The notes beneath the pieces are model-generated. The model saw only the letters and a list, made by a program, of their open reading frames with translations, had not been told where the DNA came from and searched no databases. A stretch of DNA of 30,178 bases from a virus (taxonomy: Duplodnaviria > Caudoviricetes), in IMG/VR virus record IMGVR_UViG_3300020045_004900, positions 1-30,178 of that record. One strand, 5' to 3'. This document shows, piece by piece, positions 8,901 to 18,310 of this stretch. The position numbers were made by a program, and so were the translations under genes. The first letter of the stretch is position 1; every line of letters begins with the position of its first letter.

Positions 8901-9914
8901 ATGGCTACTATAGGAACATTAAAAACTCTATTTGATTGGGCGAAAGCGACAGCGCCGGAAGGCTCTGTCTCAGCAGTTGCCGAATTGCTGAGTCAAAAAA
9001 ACCAAATCATTGATCAAATGATGTTTAAACCCGGGAACCTGCCAACAGGTGATCGTCAAACAATTCGCACAGGCCTTCCAACTGTGTACTGGCGCATGAT
9101 GAACGCCGGTGTCCCTGAGTCTAAAGCAACTTCTGCGCAGATTACTGAGCAGTGCGCACAAGCCACAGCACGGTCCCAAATAGACGCATCGATTGCCCGT
9201 CTAAACAACAATACAGCGGAGTATCGCCTAAATGAAGCTTCGGCTTTTATTGAGGCGATGGGCCAGGAAGTGGCGGCTACGATGTTTTACGGCTCTGCGG
9301 CCAACCCGGAGGAGTTTGTGGGTCTGGCCAATCGCTATACAGCAACCACAGACGGCAACGGAGAAAATATTTTGCTTGCTGGCGGTTCTGGCTCGGACAA
9401 TACATCAGTGTGGTTATTGGGTCTTGGTGATAACTCGATTTATGGGCTTTTCCCCAAGGGATCAACTGCCGGGCTCAACCACGAAGATCTCGGGTTGGGT
9501 GATGCATTTGACGCATCAAACGATCGCTTCCGCGCCTATATGGATTATTACGAGTGGAACGTTGGTCTGATGGTTAAAGACTGGCGGTATGGCGTGAGAA
9601 TCGCGAATATCGACATATCCGAATTGGCAGGATTAAGCGGTGCTCAAGAAGTAGCTGATTCAACGTTTTTGCCGAAACTGATGGCACGCGCTATTGATCG
9701 ACTGCCAGACATTCAAAGCGTGAAGCCAATATTTTGCATGAATCGTACCGCCGCATCTTTGCTGCGTGTTGCGGCCATGGAAAAGTCAACCTCTGCGGTA
9801 ACCATCGAAGAGGGGTTGAATCAATTCGGCCAAAACATTCATCAATTGAAATTCCTCGGTATTCCGGTCGCTATAAACGACGCTATCACCAATGCCGAAA
9901 CACTTGTGGCTTAA
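8901..9914 (+). CDS. Major capsid protein (epsilon15 gp7 / BPP-1 Bbp17-like)
   Basis: ELLSQKNQI...GNLPTG...IRTGLPTVYWR...WNVGLMVKDWRYGVRIANID...FLGIP. GAGGTG RBS. Confidence 0.9.
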   Translation: MATIGTLKTLFDWAKATAPEGSVSAVAELLSQKNQIIDQMMFKPGNLPTGDRQTIRTGLPTVYWRMMNAGVPESKATSAQITEQCAQATARSQIDASIARLNNNTAEYRLNEASAFIEAMGQEVAATMFYGSAANPEEFVGLANRYTATTDGNGENILLAGGSGSDNTSVWLLGLGDNSIYGLFPKGSTAGLNHEDLGLGDAFDASNDRFRAYMDYYEWNVGLMVKDWRYGVRIANIDISELAGLSGAQEVADSTFLPKLMARAIDRLPDIQSVKPIFCMNRTAASLLRVAAMEKSTSAVTIEEGLNQFGQNIHQLKFLGIPVAINDAITNAETLVA

Positions 9915-9926
9915 TAGGAGACAGAC

Positions 9927-10403
9927 ATGTTTATTGATGCAGAAGCTTTATTTTCAAACGCCCAGGCAGTTACCGCTGATGCCGTGGGAACCAATGTTAT
10001 CAACCTGTCTGTTGCACGCGCAATCAGTAATGGCGAACCCATGGCTGTTGTGTTCGTGGTGGATGTTGCCGCAGATCAAACAACTGGGGATGAGGATTAC
10101 ACCTTTGACGTTGAGTTCGCCACCAACGCAGCACAAACTACCGGGCGTCAGTTAGTCGGGCGCAGAGTGTTTGAGTCTGGTACACCAACAGCCCCGGCGC
10201 AGAATGCCGATTTGTTGGTTGCCGGGTTCCAATTCTCAATCCCAATCCCCAATGTTTCGGATGACGAGGATGAGCAATATCTTGGTATTCGCTACGACGT
10301 AACAGGCACCACGCCAACCATTACGTGTACGGCGTATCTATCACCCATTAGCATGATCCAGGATCCACAGGTTGCGTATGCTAACGGTTACACTATTGTT
10401 TAA
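9927..10403 (+). CDS. Capsid cement/decoration protein (Bbp16-like)
   Basis: MFIDAEALFSNAQAVTA...TNVINL...YLGIRYDVTGT; directly after the capsid gene. AGGAG RBS. Confidence 0.8.
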   Translation: MFIDAEALFSNAQAVTADAVGTNVINLSVARAISNGEPMAVVFVVDVAADQTTGDEDYTFDVEFATNAAQTTGRQLVGRRVFESGTPTAPAQNADLLVAGFQFSIPIPNVSDDEDEQYLGIRYDVTGTTPTITCTAYLSPISMIQDPQVAYANGYTIV

Positions 10404-10415
10404 CGGGGGTATCTT

Positions 10416-10643
10416 ATGAAAGTATGTGCGAAATTCGCAGCCAATAAGTTCGGCTTTTATGGCGGCAAACGTCGCTATGATAAAGACGAATTTGTCTTGG
10501 AATCTGCCGCCCACTTTTCTGATAGATGGATGGAGCGGTGTGAACCGGGGGAAAAGACAGGAACCGGGAGAAAAGCAGGCAAAAGTGGCGGCGGGTTGTT
10601 TTTAAAACCAGAAACATTATGTGAAGGAGAAGGGGCTGAATAA
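10416..10643 (+). CDS. Small head-associated hypothetical protein
   Basis: GFYGGKRRY...F...WME motif; position after the cement protein. Confidence 0.7.
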   Translation: MKVCAKFAANKFGFYGGKRRYDKDEFVLESAAHFSDRWMERCEPGEKTGTGRKAGKSGGGLFLKPETLCEGEGAE

Positions 10644-10650
10644 GCCCCTT
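10630..10650 (+). promoter_or_regulatory. 8-bp stem hairpin between capsid and adaptor genes
   Basis: AAGGGGCT-gaata-AGCCCCTT ends 5 nt before ATG 10656. No U tract follows. Confidence 0.45.
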
Positions 10651-10655
10651 ATACC

Positions 10656-11276
10656 ATGACGGCAATCACGAATTACGCAAGTCTCAAACAGACTTTACTG
10701 GACTATAGTAAGCGGCAGGATGCCTTGGATATGCTGGATCTGTTCATTGATTTGTGCGAGGCGGATATTGCCCCAGTGTTGCGGGTGCCTGAGATGGACA
10801 CCTCTGCCTCTGGCGCTACCAGCACAACCGTTCGTTATGCCAGTCTGCCAACCAGAATGGCAGAGATGCGTCAGGTATTAATTACTGTTGACGATGTGCA
10901 GTTGGAAATGGATGCCTCTAACATAAATGATATGCGGATTTGTGAATCAGCAGGAGTGCCGACCGAATATGTTATTACCAGTCGTTTTGAGTTTAATAGG
11001 GTATCTGATCAGGCGTACACATTAACGTATCAATTTTACCAAAACCCGGTGCCGTTGGACAACACCAACTCTACACACACAGTATTGACTACGTATCCAA
11101 TGCTTTATTTATCAGGATGCCTGAGGCATTTGTTCCATTGGGCCAAAAATACAGAGGATGCTCAATACTGGGGTGGAGTTTTTGCCTCAGAATTGGCTCG
11201 AGCCAATTGGGGTGCAAGCCGCAAACGGCATCCGTCTGGGCTAACAATGCGCAGTCATGGAGGAATGGTTGTTTGA
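10656..11276 (+). CDS. Head-tail adaptor protein
   Basis: AITNYASLK...FIDLCEADI...LRVPEM...LTTYPMLYLSGCL pattern; position. Confidence 0.75.
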   Translation: MTAITNYASLKQTLLDYSKRQDALDMLDLFIDLCEADIAPVLRVPEMDTSASGATSTTVRYASLPTRMAEMRQVLITVDDVQLEMDASNINDMRICESAGVPTEYVITSRFEFNRVSDQAYTLTYQFYQNPVPLDNTNSTHTVLTTYPMLYLSGCLRHLFHWAKNTEDAQYWGGVFASELARANWGASRKRHPSGLTMRSHGGMVV

Positions 11277-12688
11277 GTGCTGCCCCTTATGACTTCCCTC
11301 TTGCGATAGGTGGGCACAAGGCCAAGCAAGCCAGCCCAGCAGACCTGAGGAACATCTATCCATCACGGTCAGAAGCCAATGGGCGCGTAATCTGGAACAG
11401 CTTTCCAGGTCTTAAACTGCGCACCACCGGCAGCGGGGTTGATCGTGGAGATCATACAACGTCGGCAGGAGTACGATATGTGCTTAACGGCATTACTTTA
11501 TACAAAGAGGGGGCTACCGGCACACGCACCAGCATGGGAACCATTCTCGGCAATGACCGGGCGATATTTGCCGATGACGGCTCTACAGTTGGTATTGTGG
11601 CAAATAATACGCTATATCGCTGTAACGGCACGGCAGTATTCACTGTAACGCAATCTGTAATCACCAATCCATCTGCAATTGATTTTATCAACAATCAATG
11701 GATTTTATCCGGGGATAACCAGCAATTTGCAGTGTCTGATGTCGGTGATATTACAACATGGGATGCGCTAAATTTTGCAACAGAAGACAGTCGTGGCGAC
11801 GCGCTGCTGCGTCCATATGTGTTTAATCAGTTGGTTTACATGATCGGCACGCGCTCTATTGTGCCATGGTTTAACACTGGTGTTGGCAACCCGCCATTTG
11901 ATCGCCAGGACACAGGACTGATTAACACGGGAGCTGCTGGCAAATACGCAGTAACCAATTCAGATGAATATTTGTATCTATTGAGTGATGATCGCAAATT
12001 TTATCGTGTTATTGGTGGATCGCGGCAGGAAATTCAAACAACGGGCATAGCACACATTGTCAGCAAGTATGATGTCATTGATGACTGTGTAGCATCGTCT
12101 TTTGTGTGGGATGGGCAAACGTTTGTATTATTTAGGTTTCCGTCTGAAGGTGATGCGCTGTTGTATTCAGAAACAGCCAATTTATGGATGACATTGTCTA
12201 GCGGAGTGGATGCACTGGCAAGACGATCGTGGTTCGGCAGTGCGGTTAGTTTTGCGCATGGCAAATGTTTAACAACCGATTACCGCAATGGCAACACTTA
12301 TGAGCTGGACGCAGAGACTTATACCGACAACGGGGAAACGCGCCTACGCTTGATTGTTGGCAACCCAATCACTAGCGATGTGTTTGGCGTGCCAGGGCGC
12401 AGCGTTACGGTGGGGCGGCTAACGCTCACCATGGCAGTAGGTGTCGGCTTGGAGTCAGGGCAAGGATCAAATCCTGTGGTGATGTGTGAGTGGTCTTCTG
12501 ACGGCGGGCATAATTATCATGATAAAATACCGGTATCAATCGGGGCAATGGGTGGGTTTACTGAGCGCGTTAATTTCGATCAATTTATTACCGGCAGAGA
12601 GCTGGTGCCGAGGATCAGTATTTCTGATCCGGTGAGTTTTACGCTGTACACTGGATCATCTGTCGAAGTGTTTGACGGTGGTTATTGA
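11273..12688 (+). CDS. Packaged-DNA stabilisation / tail hub protein (P22 gp10-like)
   Basis: Beta-rich, about 470 aa, with WDALNFATE...D, YTDNGE and WSSDGGHNY motifs. TTG start at 11273 overlaps the adaptor stop. Confidence 0.82.
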   Translation: MSAAPYDFPLAIGGHKAKQASPADLRNIYPSRSEANGRVIWNSFPGLKLRTTGSGVDRGDHTTSAGVRYVLNGITLYKEGATGTRTSMGTILGNDRAIFADDGSTVGIVANNTLYRCNGTAVFTVTQSVITNPSAIDFINNQWILSGDNQQFAVSDVGDITTWDALNFATEDSRGDALLRPYVFNQLVYMIGTRSIVPWFNTGVGNPPFDRQDTGLINTGAAGKYAVTNSDEYLYLLSDDRKFYRVIGGSRQEIQTTGIAHIVSKYDVIDDCVASSFVWDGQTFVLFRFPSEGDALLYSETANLWMTLSSGVDALARRSWFGSAVSFAHGKCLTTDYRNGNTYELDAETYTDNGETRLRLIVGNPITSDVFGVPGRSVTVGRLTLTMAVGVGLESGQGSNPVVMCEWSSDGGHNYHDKIPVSIGAMGGFTERVNFDQFITGRELVPRISISDPVSFTLYTGSSVEVFDGGY

Positions 12689-13233
12689 TGTTGCGCATTG
12701 ACAATATTAACGAGCGCACTATGGACGAGATTGCTTTTGCCGCCAATCTCAAGGCTGTGTATCGGCCTGTCAAACACCTGTTTGATATTTGTAGACAACT
12801 TGCGCTGGTTGCGAATAACGCGCAGGTTGTAAGCGGTACGTGGTCAGGCGCGGTGACCTCGGGTGCCGCTCCTGGCATTGTGTGGTCTGGAATGCCATCA
12901 GGCAAGGCCACATGGCTGCACTCATCGGCAACGCTGACCGGAGATGCAAATCTGTTTGTCTCAGTGTACGGTGTTAATCGGGCGCGGCTTTACACCGCCG
13001 TTCAGGTGGCGGGCGCGGCGGCCAATACAGCTCTTGGTGTTGATTACAGCGCAGACGACACAACATGGAATGAGCTGATAACGCTGACGATCGGCAATAC
13101 AACCGGAATTAAGGATAGCGGCTGGCAAACGATTGGCGGCATTACCGGCGAACTGCACTTTAGACTATTCGGAGAAAGCGGCAATGGGGCAGCGTCTCCA
13201 CGCTTTTCACCAGTCACTTTATTGCTTGGTTGA
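12688..13233 (+). CDS. Tail-associated hypothetical protein (tail needle position)
   Basis: TGATG coupling. Beta-rich C-terminus; lies between the gp10-like and ejection genes. Confidence 0.6.
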   Translation: MLRIDNINERTMDEIAFAANLKAVYRPVKHLFDICRQLALVANNAQVVSGTWSGAVTSGAAPGIVWSGMPSGKATWLHSSATLTGDANLFVSVYGVNRARLYTAVQVAGAAANTALGVDYSADDTTWNELITLTIGNTTGIKDSGWQTIGGITGELHFRLFGESGNGAASPRFSPVTLLLG

Positions 13234-13247
13234 TGGAGATTTATTAA

Positions 13248-13910
13248 ATGGCTGGTTTTGGTGAGACTTTCAATCAAGTTAGCGACCCACTGGATTTGTT
13301 CGGGGGGCAGGCATCACGAACAGCGTCTAAATTGCAGCTCGATTTAGGAAAGCTGGGGCTTCAGATCCAACAAGAGTTTTTCAACCAGTTGCGTGCGGAT
13401 ACGGAACCGGTTAGAGCGACCCGTAATGCCGCTATTGGGGCCATACAAGGGTTAGACCGGGGCGGGACGTTACCAACGGACCCGGTTCTTGGGTATCAAA
13501 TTGGCCAAGCGCAAGATAAGATTCGCGCTGGGGCTGCGGCTAGGGGTAAATTCAATTCCGGCGGGCGCTATATGGCAGAACAAGACACTGTGGCTGGCCT
13601 GACATCGCAAGACCTAAGCGCCAATATGAACCGCCTTTTGAACCTGGCTGGATTTGAGACTTCAGATCTAATCAACTCGAACCAATTATTGCAGCAGAAT
13701 GTCAATCAGCAGGCGACACAGATGGGAAACTTAGGTGCTATAGAGGCGTCAGGGATTATGGGGCAACAAAATGCGTTTAGTAACATGCTTGGGAACGCGG
13801 CGGGGTTTGCTGGGATGTATGCCTCCAGTAATAGAAAACCCCAGCCCGAAACCCAGTTTGATTATGGAGCGCCCGCTTATAACGCCAATACCTATGCGGG
13901 GTATGTCTAA
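13248..13910 (+). CDS. DNA ejection/pilot protein (P22 gp7-like), copy 1
   Basis: Gln/Gly/Ala-rich, AAARGKFNSGG and NRLLNLAG motifs; position. GGAG RBS. Confidence 0.7.
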   Translation: MAGFGETFNQVSDPLDLFGGQASRTASKLQLDLGKLGLQIQQEFFNQLRADTEPVRATRNAAIGAIQGLDRGGTLPTDPVLGYQIGQAQDKIRAGAAARGKFNSGGRYMAEQDTVAGLTSQDLSANMNRLLNLAGFETSDLINSNQLLQQNVNQQATQMGNLGAIEASGIMGQQNAFSNMLGNAAGFAGMYASSNRKPQPETQFDYGAPAYNANTYAGYV

Positions 13911-14677
13911 TGGGGTTCCTAAGTGGTATAAAAAAGATGCTGCCTGGCGGGGAAGCGGAATCTGCCGCTGGTAAACAAGTAGATCAATCCAAGAAGGCGC
14001 TGGCACTTCAACGCCAGATGTTCAATGCCATACGTGACGACGCCGCGCCCTTGAGGGCGTTGCGCGATACGACCCTTCCGCAGTTATTAGCTACACAGGG
14101 AATTGGCAGAGATGTTGACCGATCGCGGTTTATGGTTTCTCCGGAATACCGGCAGACTTACGGCGCGGCGTCCTCCGTGGCCGACAATTTACCAGGCACC
14201 GCCCCGCCTGGGTTGAGAAATGCGCTGCTTGATCGAGCTGGAAACATTGCTTTAGGGGAGTACGAGAACTTCTACAATCGGCTGGCTAATATTGGCGGTT
14301 TTAGCTCTAAAGGGATAGGCCTTACTAATAACCAGCTGCAGGGTAATATCGATGCACAGACGGGCCTGTTGAACGACGCTGGGGCCGCAGCAGCTTCCGG
14401 CATCATGGGTGCCGCACAAGCCAGAGGGAGTGCAGCGGGAGCTGGTGCCTCCCTGCTGGGCGCGTTCATGTCGGATGCTCGAGTCAAGGAACACATTCAT
14501 GTTCTCGGCAGCGATCAATACGGGCGCATTGTTCGGTTTAATTATTGCGGGGACAGCGTGCAATACATTGGCCGCATTGCACAAGATTTGCTTGAAACCG
14601 ATCCAGCAAACGTTATTAAAAGCGATTTAGGCTTGTTGATGGTGACTGAAAAACATAAACCCATGAGGCTTTCGTAA
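13910..14677 (+). CDS. DNA ejection/pilot protein copy 2 with C-terminal intramolecular chaperone (peptidase S74-like) domain
   Basis: Aligns by eye with 13248-13910. C-terminal SDARVKEHI...FNY...GRIAQDL...P..V......LMV. Confidence 0.7.
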   Translation: MGFLSGIKKMLPGGEAESAAGKQVDQSKKALALQRQMFNAIRDDAAPLRALRDTTLPQLLATQGIGRDVDRSRFMVSPEYRQTYGAASSVADNLPGTAPPGLRNALLDRAGNIALGEYENFYNRLANIGGFSSKGIGLTNNQLQGNIDAQTGLLNDAGAAAASGIMGAAQARGSAAGAGASLLGAFMSDARVKEHIHVLGSDQYGRIVRFNYCGDSVQYIGRIAQDLLETDPANVIKSDLGLLMVTEKHKPMRLS

Positions 14678-15873
14678 TGCCAATCCAGTTGCCCGCCCTA
14701 ATGGTGCAAGACCCGAACATATTCGGACGATTCGCGCAGGGTCAGCAGGTCGCCAATCAGAACCGCATGCTGGATCTGAATGCGCAGAATCAGGAATTCC
14801 AGCAAAACCGAGCGACTGCCGACGATCAGTTTCAGCGTGAGCAATTCACCGCCCAGCAGAAGCAGATTATGCAGCAGGCCGAGGGCACATTTTACGGACG
14901 TGTAGGCGAGATGCTGGCTACCACCACTGATCCCGCACAGCGTCAAGAGATATGGCGAAACGCCCGTATTGTGGGTGAGCGGATAGGCATACCCGATATT
15001 CAGGAGATGGATGACCTCGACGTTACCGACGACAGAAACGTTCAGGGAATTATGGCGCAGGCGGAGGCTTATGGATACGGAAGGCCACAAGGTGCTAGCT
15101 CAAAAGCATTCGCCCCGGTTCCAATGGCCGATGAAAGTGGAAATTTTATTGGCTATGGCATGCCTGTTTTCGATCCAGCAACCGGACAATCTTCACTTCA
15201 GCCAGTTCAGGCTCCAGTCGGTAGCGGATTTATCAATCCAGCAACGCTGGCAGGGCAAAAATCCTTTTCCTCCGAATCAGGAAAACTCACCGCGCAGGCT
15301 GGACAAAAGCCGACTGTAGAGGCTGATGTTATGCGGGCGAAAACAGGCGCAAAACTTGATGTAGAGCTGCAAAAGGCCCCCCAGGTGGCAGCCGCAATAA
15401 AACAGGCAGAGGCGCAGGCCGCAGCGTTTGTTAATGAGGGCCAGACGCAGAAAAAAGATGCTGCTGCTTACAGTGTTTATCTGGCCGGGATGACCGGATT
15501 AATTGCCGGCCTTGGAGGCACAGAAACCGGCCCAATTGCTGGCCGGCTCCCCGCCGTTACCACCAGTCAACAAATTGCCGAAGGCTCTGTTGCAGCAATG
15601 GCACCTATACTTAAATCCATGTTTCGGGTTGCCGGTGAGGGCACGTTTACCGATAAAGACCAGGAACTGCTGATAGATATACTGCCGACTAGAAAGGATA
15701 CGCCGGATACGATTGCATCAAAAATTTCTAACATCGACGCTATAATCCGCGCCAAGTTAGGCCAAACCAATAACCAGCCACGCGGAAATCAGCCCAAAAC
15801 CAGCGCAGGTAGCGCAGGTAACAAAAGTCTAGATGACGAAATCCGGCGGCTGGAAGAGAAAGTTGGGCTTTAA
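14677..15873 (+). CDS. DNA ejection protein (P22 gp20 position)
   Basis: Gln/Ala-rich 398 aa with C-terminal LKSMFRVAGEGTFTDKDQELL. TAATG coupling. Confidence 0.65.
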   Translation: MPIQLPALMVQDPNIFGRFAQGQQVANQNRMLDLNAQNQEFQQNRATADDQFQREQFTAQQKQIMQQAEGTFYGRVGEMLATTTDPAQRQEIWRNARIVGERIGIPDIQEMDDLDVTDDRNVQGIMAQAEAYGYGRPQGASSKAFAPVPMADESGNFIGYGMPVFDPATGQSSLQPVQAPVGSGFINPATLAGQKSFSSESGKLTAQAGQKPTVEADVMRAKTGAKLDVELQKAPQVAAAIKQAEAQAAAFVNEGQTQKKDAAAYSVYLAGMTGLIAGLGGTETGPIAGRLPAVTTSQQIAEGSVAAMAPILKSMFRVAGEGTFTDKDQELLIDILPTRKDTPDTIASKISNIDAIIRAKLGQTNNQPRGNQPKTSAGSAGNKSLDDEIRRLEEKVGL

Positions 15874-15971
15874 TCTGCGGCTGGTAGCAACCGAAAAGCA
15901 AAACCGTGCTCTAATTCCCTGTTTGAACTCACTAAGGGGGATGTTACAAATGCTCTATTGGGGTTATTTTA

Positions 15972-18062
15972 ATGGCCGTTGATGTTGAAAGAGCTGACAA
16001 CCTAGATCGTCTTTATGCTCTATGCAAACAAAAGGGGGATAAAGAGGGTCAGCTAAAAGTATTGCGGGCAATGGATGCTATGCAGGACCAAGTAATGGGT
16101 GCACAGCCACAATCCACGATTGCAGACAGTGCTGTTGATGTTGCGGGCAATGTGCTGGCTGGCGGTGTGCGCGGCGCGGGCTCTATAGGAGCAACGGCAA
16201 ACCCGGCATCCGTGGGCCTAATGGCCCGGTCACAACAGTCCAGCGCCCGCAGAGAGAGAGAGCTGGCCCAGCTGCGGCAGGCCTCAAGCCAAAAAGGCGC
16301 TCCGTTCGTGCGCGACCTGCCAGAAATTGGATCCGCTCCAGAGCTGAATGAGTTCAGCCTTAAATCGGGGCTTGCCTCTGCCGGCGCTATGTTTACCTAC
16401 GGCGACGAGGAGGTCGGCAGCATTCTGACGGAGCAGCTGGGGGCAAAAATAGGCCAAGACGCAGAAGGCAACTATTTTGCCTCTCTGCCATCCGGTAATT
16501 ACGCGATCAACAAACCTGGGTTCAGCGGTCAGGATGTCGCGAAATTAATTAGCTCCATTGGTGCGTTTACTCCCGCCGGCAAGGCTGCATCGATTACAGG
16601 AATGGCCGCCGGCGGCGCAATAACACAGGCAGGCATAGAGGCCGGGCAATCTGCCCTAGGTGGCGAGGTTAATCCTGATGATGTTGTCGTAGCCCTGGCT
16701 GCCCCTGTTGTGCTTGGAGGTGCTACAAACCTTGCAAAACTGGCAATATCGCCATTGAAATCACGGGCACCGGCAGTGACCCAGTATTTTGATGATCTTG
16801 CTAATCAAGCCGACAATGCACCACCAGCCGGCGTTTCGCAGCAAGCTGATGAATTGTCGCTCCAACCCATTGAGGCCACGCGGTCAAGAACTCCGTTTGG
16901 CAATCTGAGGCAGGCTGACATCAGAAAGGCCGTCCAGGAGGGTACAGTGGAGTCCGCAGGCTGGCGGATAGATTCCAATACTGGCAGGGTCCTTCCCGAC
17001 AAGGTTGGCCGTGATCTGTTAGATATGGGCGTCAGCGACAAAGTGGTATCGGCGCCCAACGCCATGACCCGCGCCGACAAGATCGCCGGGAAAAGGATGT
17101 TAAAGAAGGCGGAAAACATTATTCGCGGCGTCAAGGGGTCTGAAACCGATTTGCCCCAGAGCGTAATTGGCGAGAGTGCCATGAGGCGTTTTGAGACCAT
17201 AAAAAAAGCGCAAATTGACGCCAGCAAACGCATTGGTGACGCTGTAAATTCTCCGGAGATAAAAGGCAGGGCCGTCAATATACAGGATGTCGTCGACGAT
17301 TTTACTGATGATTTGGGTCAACTTGGCGCAAAGGTTGGCGATACCGGCAAGTTGGATTTCTCACAGTCCCTTATCCAGCGCAGCAACACAACCCCATTAA
17401 AAGACGTTTATTCCCGCCTCAGGACTAGTTATGACGATGCTGCCGATTTGCACGACTTTAAGCGGTACATCTCCAAGTTGATCGATTACGACAAAAAGCC
17501 AGGCGTTGTCAGGGTGCTAGACGATGATGCCGAGGCCGCACTTAAGGCCGTGCGATCAAAAGTCAACGATAAGCTGCGAGGGATGTCTGATCGGTACGCA
17601 CGGGCCAATGATGAGTTCTCGGAGGCCGCACAGACATTAGTTCCTTTTGCAAAAGAGATGGGGCGGCGTTTTGACCCGGCATCGGATCGAGTTGAGTCGT
17701 TTGTTGGCCAGGAGCTAAGAAAAACGATTACCAATTACGGCAAATCTGAAGATTTAATTATCGCTCTGGACAACCTGGACAAAACTGCCCGGCGTTTTGG
17801 TGGCGATTACGCTGACGATATCATGACTCAAATTATGTTTAACAGTGAGCTGGAGCGCACGCTAGGTTCCTTCAAGCCGGGATCGTTTCAGGGGCGCATT
17901 GAGGGGGCCATAACCGCCGTCAGAGGTGGCGGCGAGGGTGGGGCAACGGAGCGGTTGGCCAAGGCTGGCTTTAATGCTGCCAAGGATCGTTTGATCGTCA
18001 AGCAGCCCAGCAAGGAAAAGTTGGAGCTAATCAAAAAGCTGGATGAATTGCTTAGCCGCTGA
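15972..18062 (+). CDS. Large DNA ejection protein (P22 gp16-like)
   Basis: 696 aa. DLPEIGSAPELN...QDAEGNY..LPSGNYAINKPGFSGQD motif and Ala/Gly hydrophobic segments. Confidence 0.72.
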   Translation: MAVDVERADNLDRLYALCKQKGDKEGQLKVLRAMDAMQDQVMGAQPQSTIADSAVDVAGNVLAGGVRGAGSIGATANPASVGLMARSQQSSARRERELAQLRQASSQKGAPFVRDLPEIGSAPELNEFSLKSGLASAGAMFTYGDEEVGSILTEQLGAKIGQDAEGNYFASLPSGNYAINKPGFSGQDVAKLISSIGAFTPAGKAASITGMAAGGAITQAGIEAGQSALGGEVNPDDVVVALAAPVVLGGATNLAKLAISPLKSRAPAVTQYFDDLANQADNAPPAGVSQQADELSLQPIEATRSRTPFGNLRQADIRKAVQEGTVESAGWRIDSNTGRVLPDKVGRDLLDMGVSDKVVSAPNAMTRADKIAGKRMLKKAENIIRGVKGSETDLPQSVIGESAMRRFETIKKAQIDASKRIGDAVNSPEIKGRAVNIQDVVDDFTDDLGQLGAKVGDTGKLDFSQSLIQRSNTTPLKDVYSRLRTSYDDAADLHDFKRYISKLIDYDKKPGVVRVLDDDAEAALKAVRSKVNDKLRGMSDRYARANDEFSEAAQTLVPFAKEMGRRFDPASDRVESFVGQELRKTITNYGKSEDLIIALDNLDKTARRFGGDYADDIMTQIMFNSELERTLGSFKPGSFQGRIEGAITAVRGGGEGGATERLAKAGFNAAKDRLIVKQPSKEKLELIKKLDELLSR

Positions 18063-18273
18063 AGTGTCTTCGCCTCATGATCAGGTTTTTTTGGCCTAAA
18101 TGAGCCTGATGATTGTCTTCTGTAATCAGAAAATGAAGAACAATGGCTGTTCCAATAACGGAAAGCGGCATTGCGGTTGTATCTGCAAAATTATGGAAAA
18201 AAAACCAAGAAGGCATGCATAGCGGTATTGAAAAAATAAGGTAGGTTTTGGCTTTTATCCACCAGAATTTCAT
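18052..18273 (-). CDS. Small membrane protein antisense to the virion operon (possible superinfection exclusion moron)
   Basis: 73 aa with two hydrophobic segments, AT-rich, fills the gap between ejection and tail genes. Confidence 0.5.
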   Translation of the reverse strand: MKFWWIKAKTYLIFSIPLCMPSWFFFHNFADTTAMPLSVIGTAIVLHFLITEDNHQAHLGQKNLIMRRRHFSG

Positions 18274-18310
18274 TAATTAACCAATCCAGATCTTTAATTG
18301 AGGGCTTATT

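Noticed and set aside
11117-11272. N-terminal extension of the gp10-like ORF (similar extensions at 516, 3782, 20975 and 27694)
   Set aside because: They overlap upstream genes extensively. Downstream coupled or RBS-supported starts fit better.
15802-15819. 9-bp tandem duplication AGCGCAGGT (similar one near 8106-8123)
   Set aside because: In-frame slippage in low-complexity protein linkers, with no sign of function.
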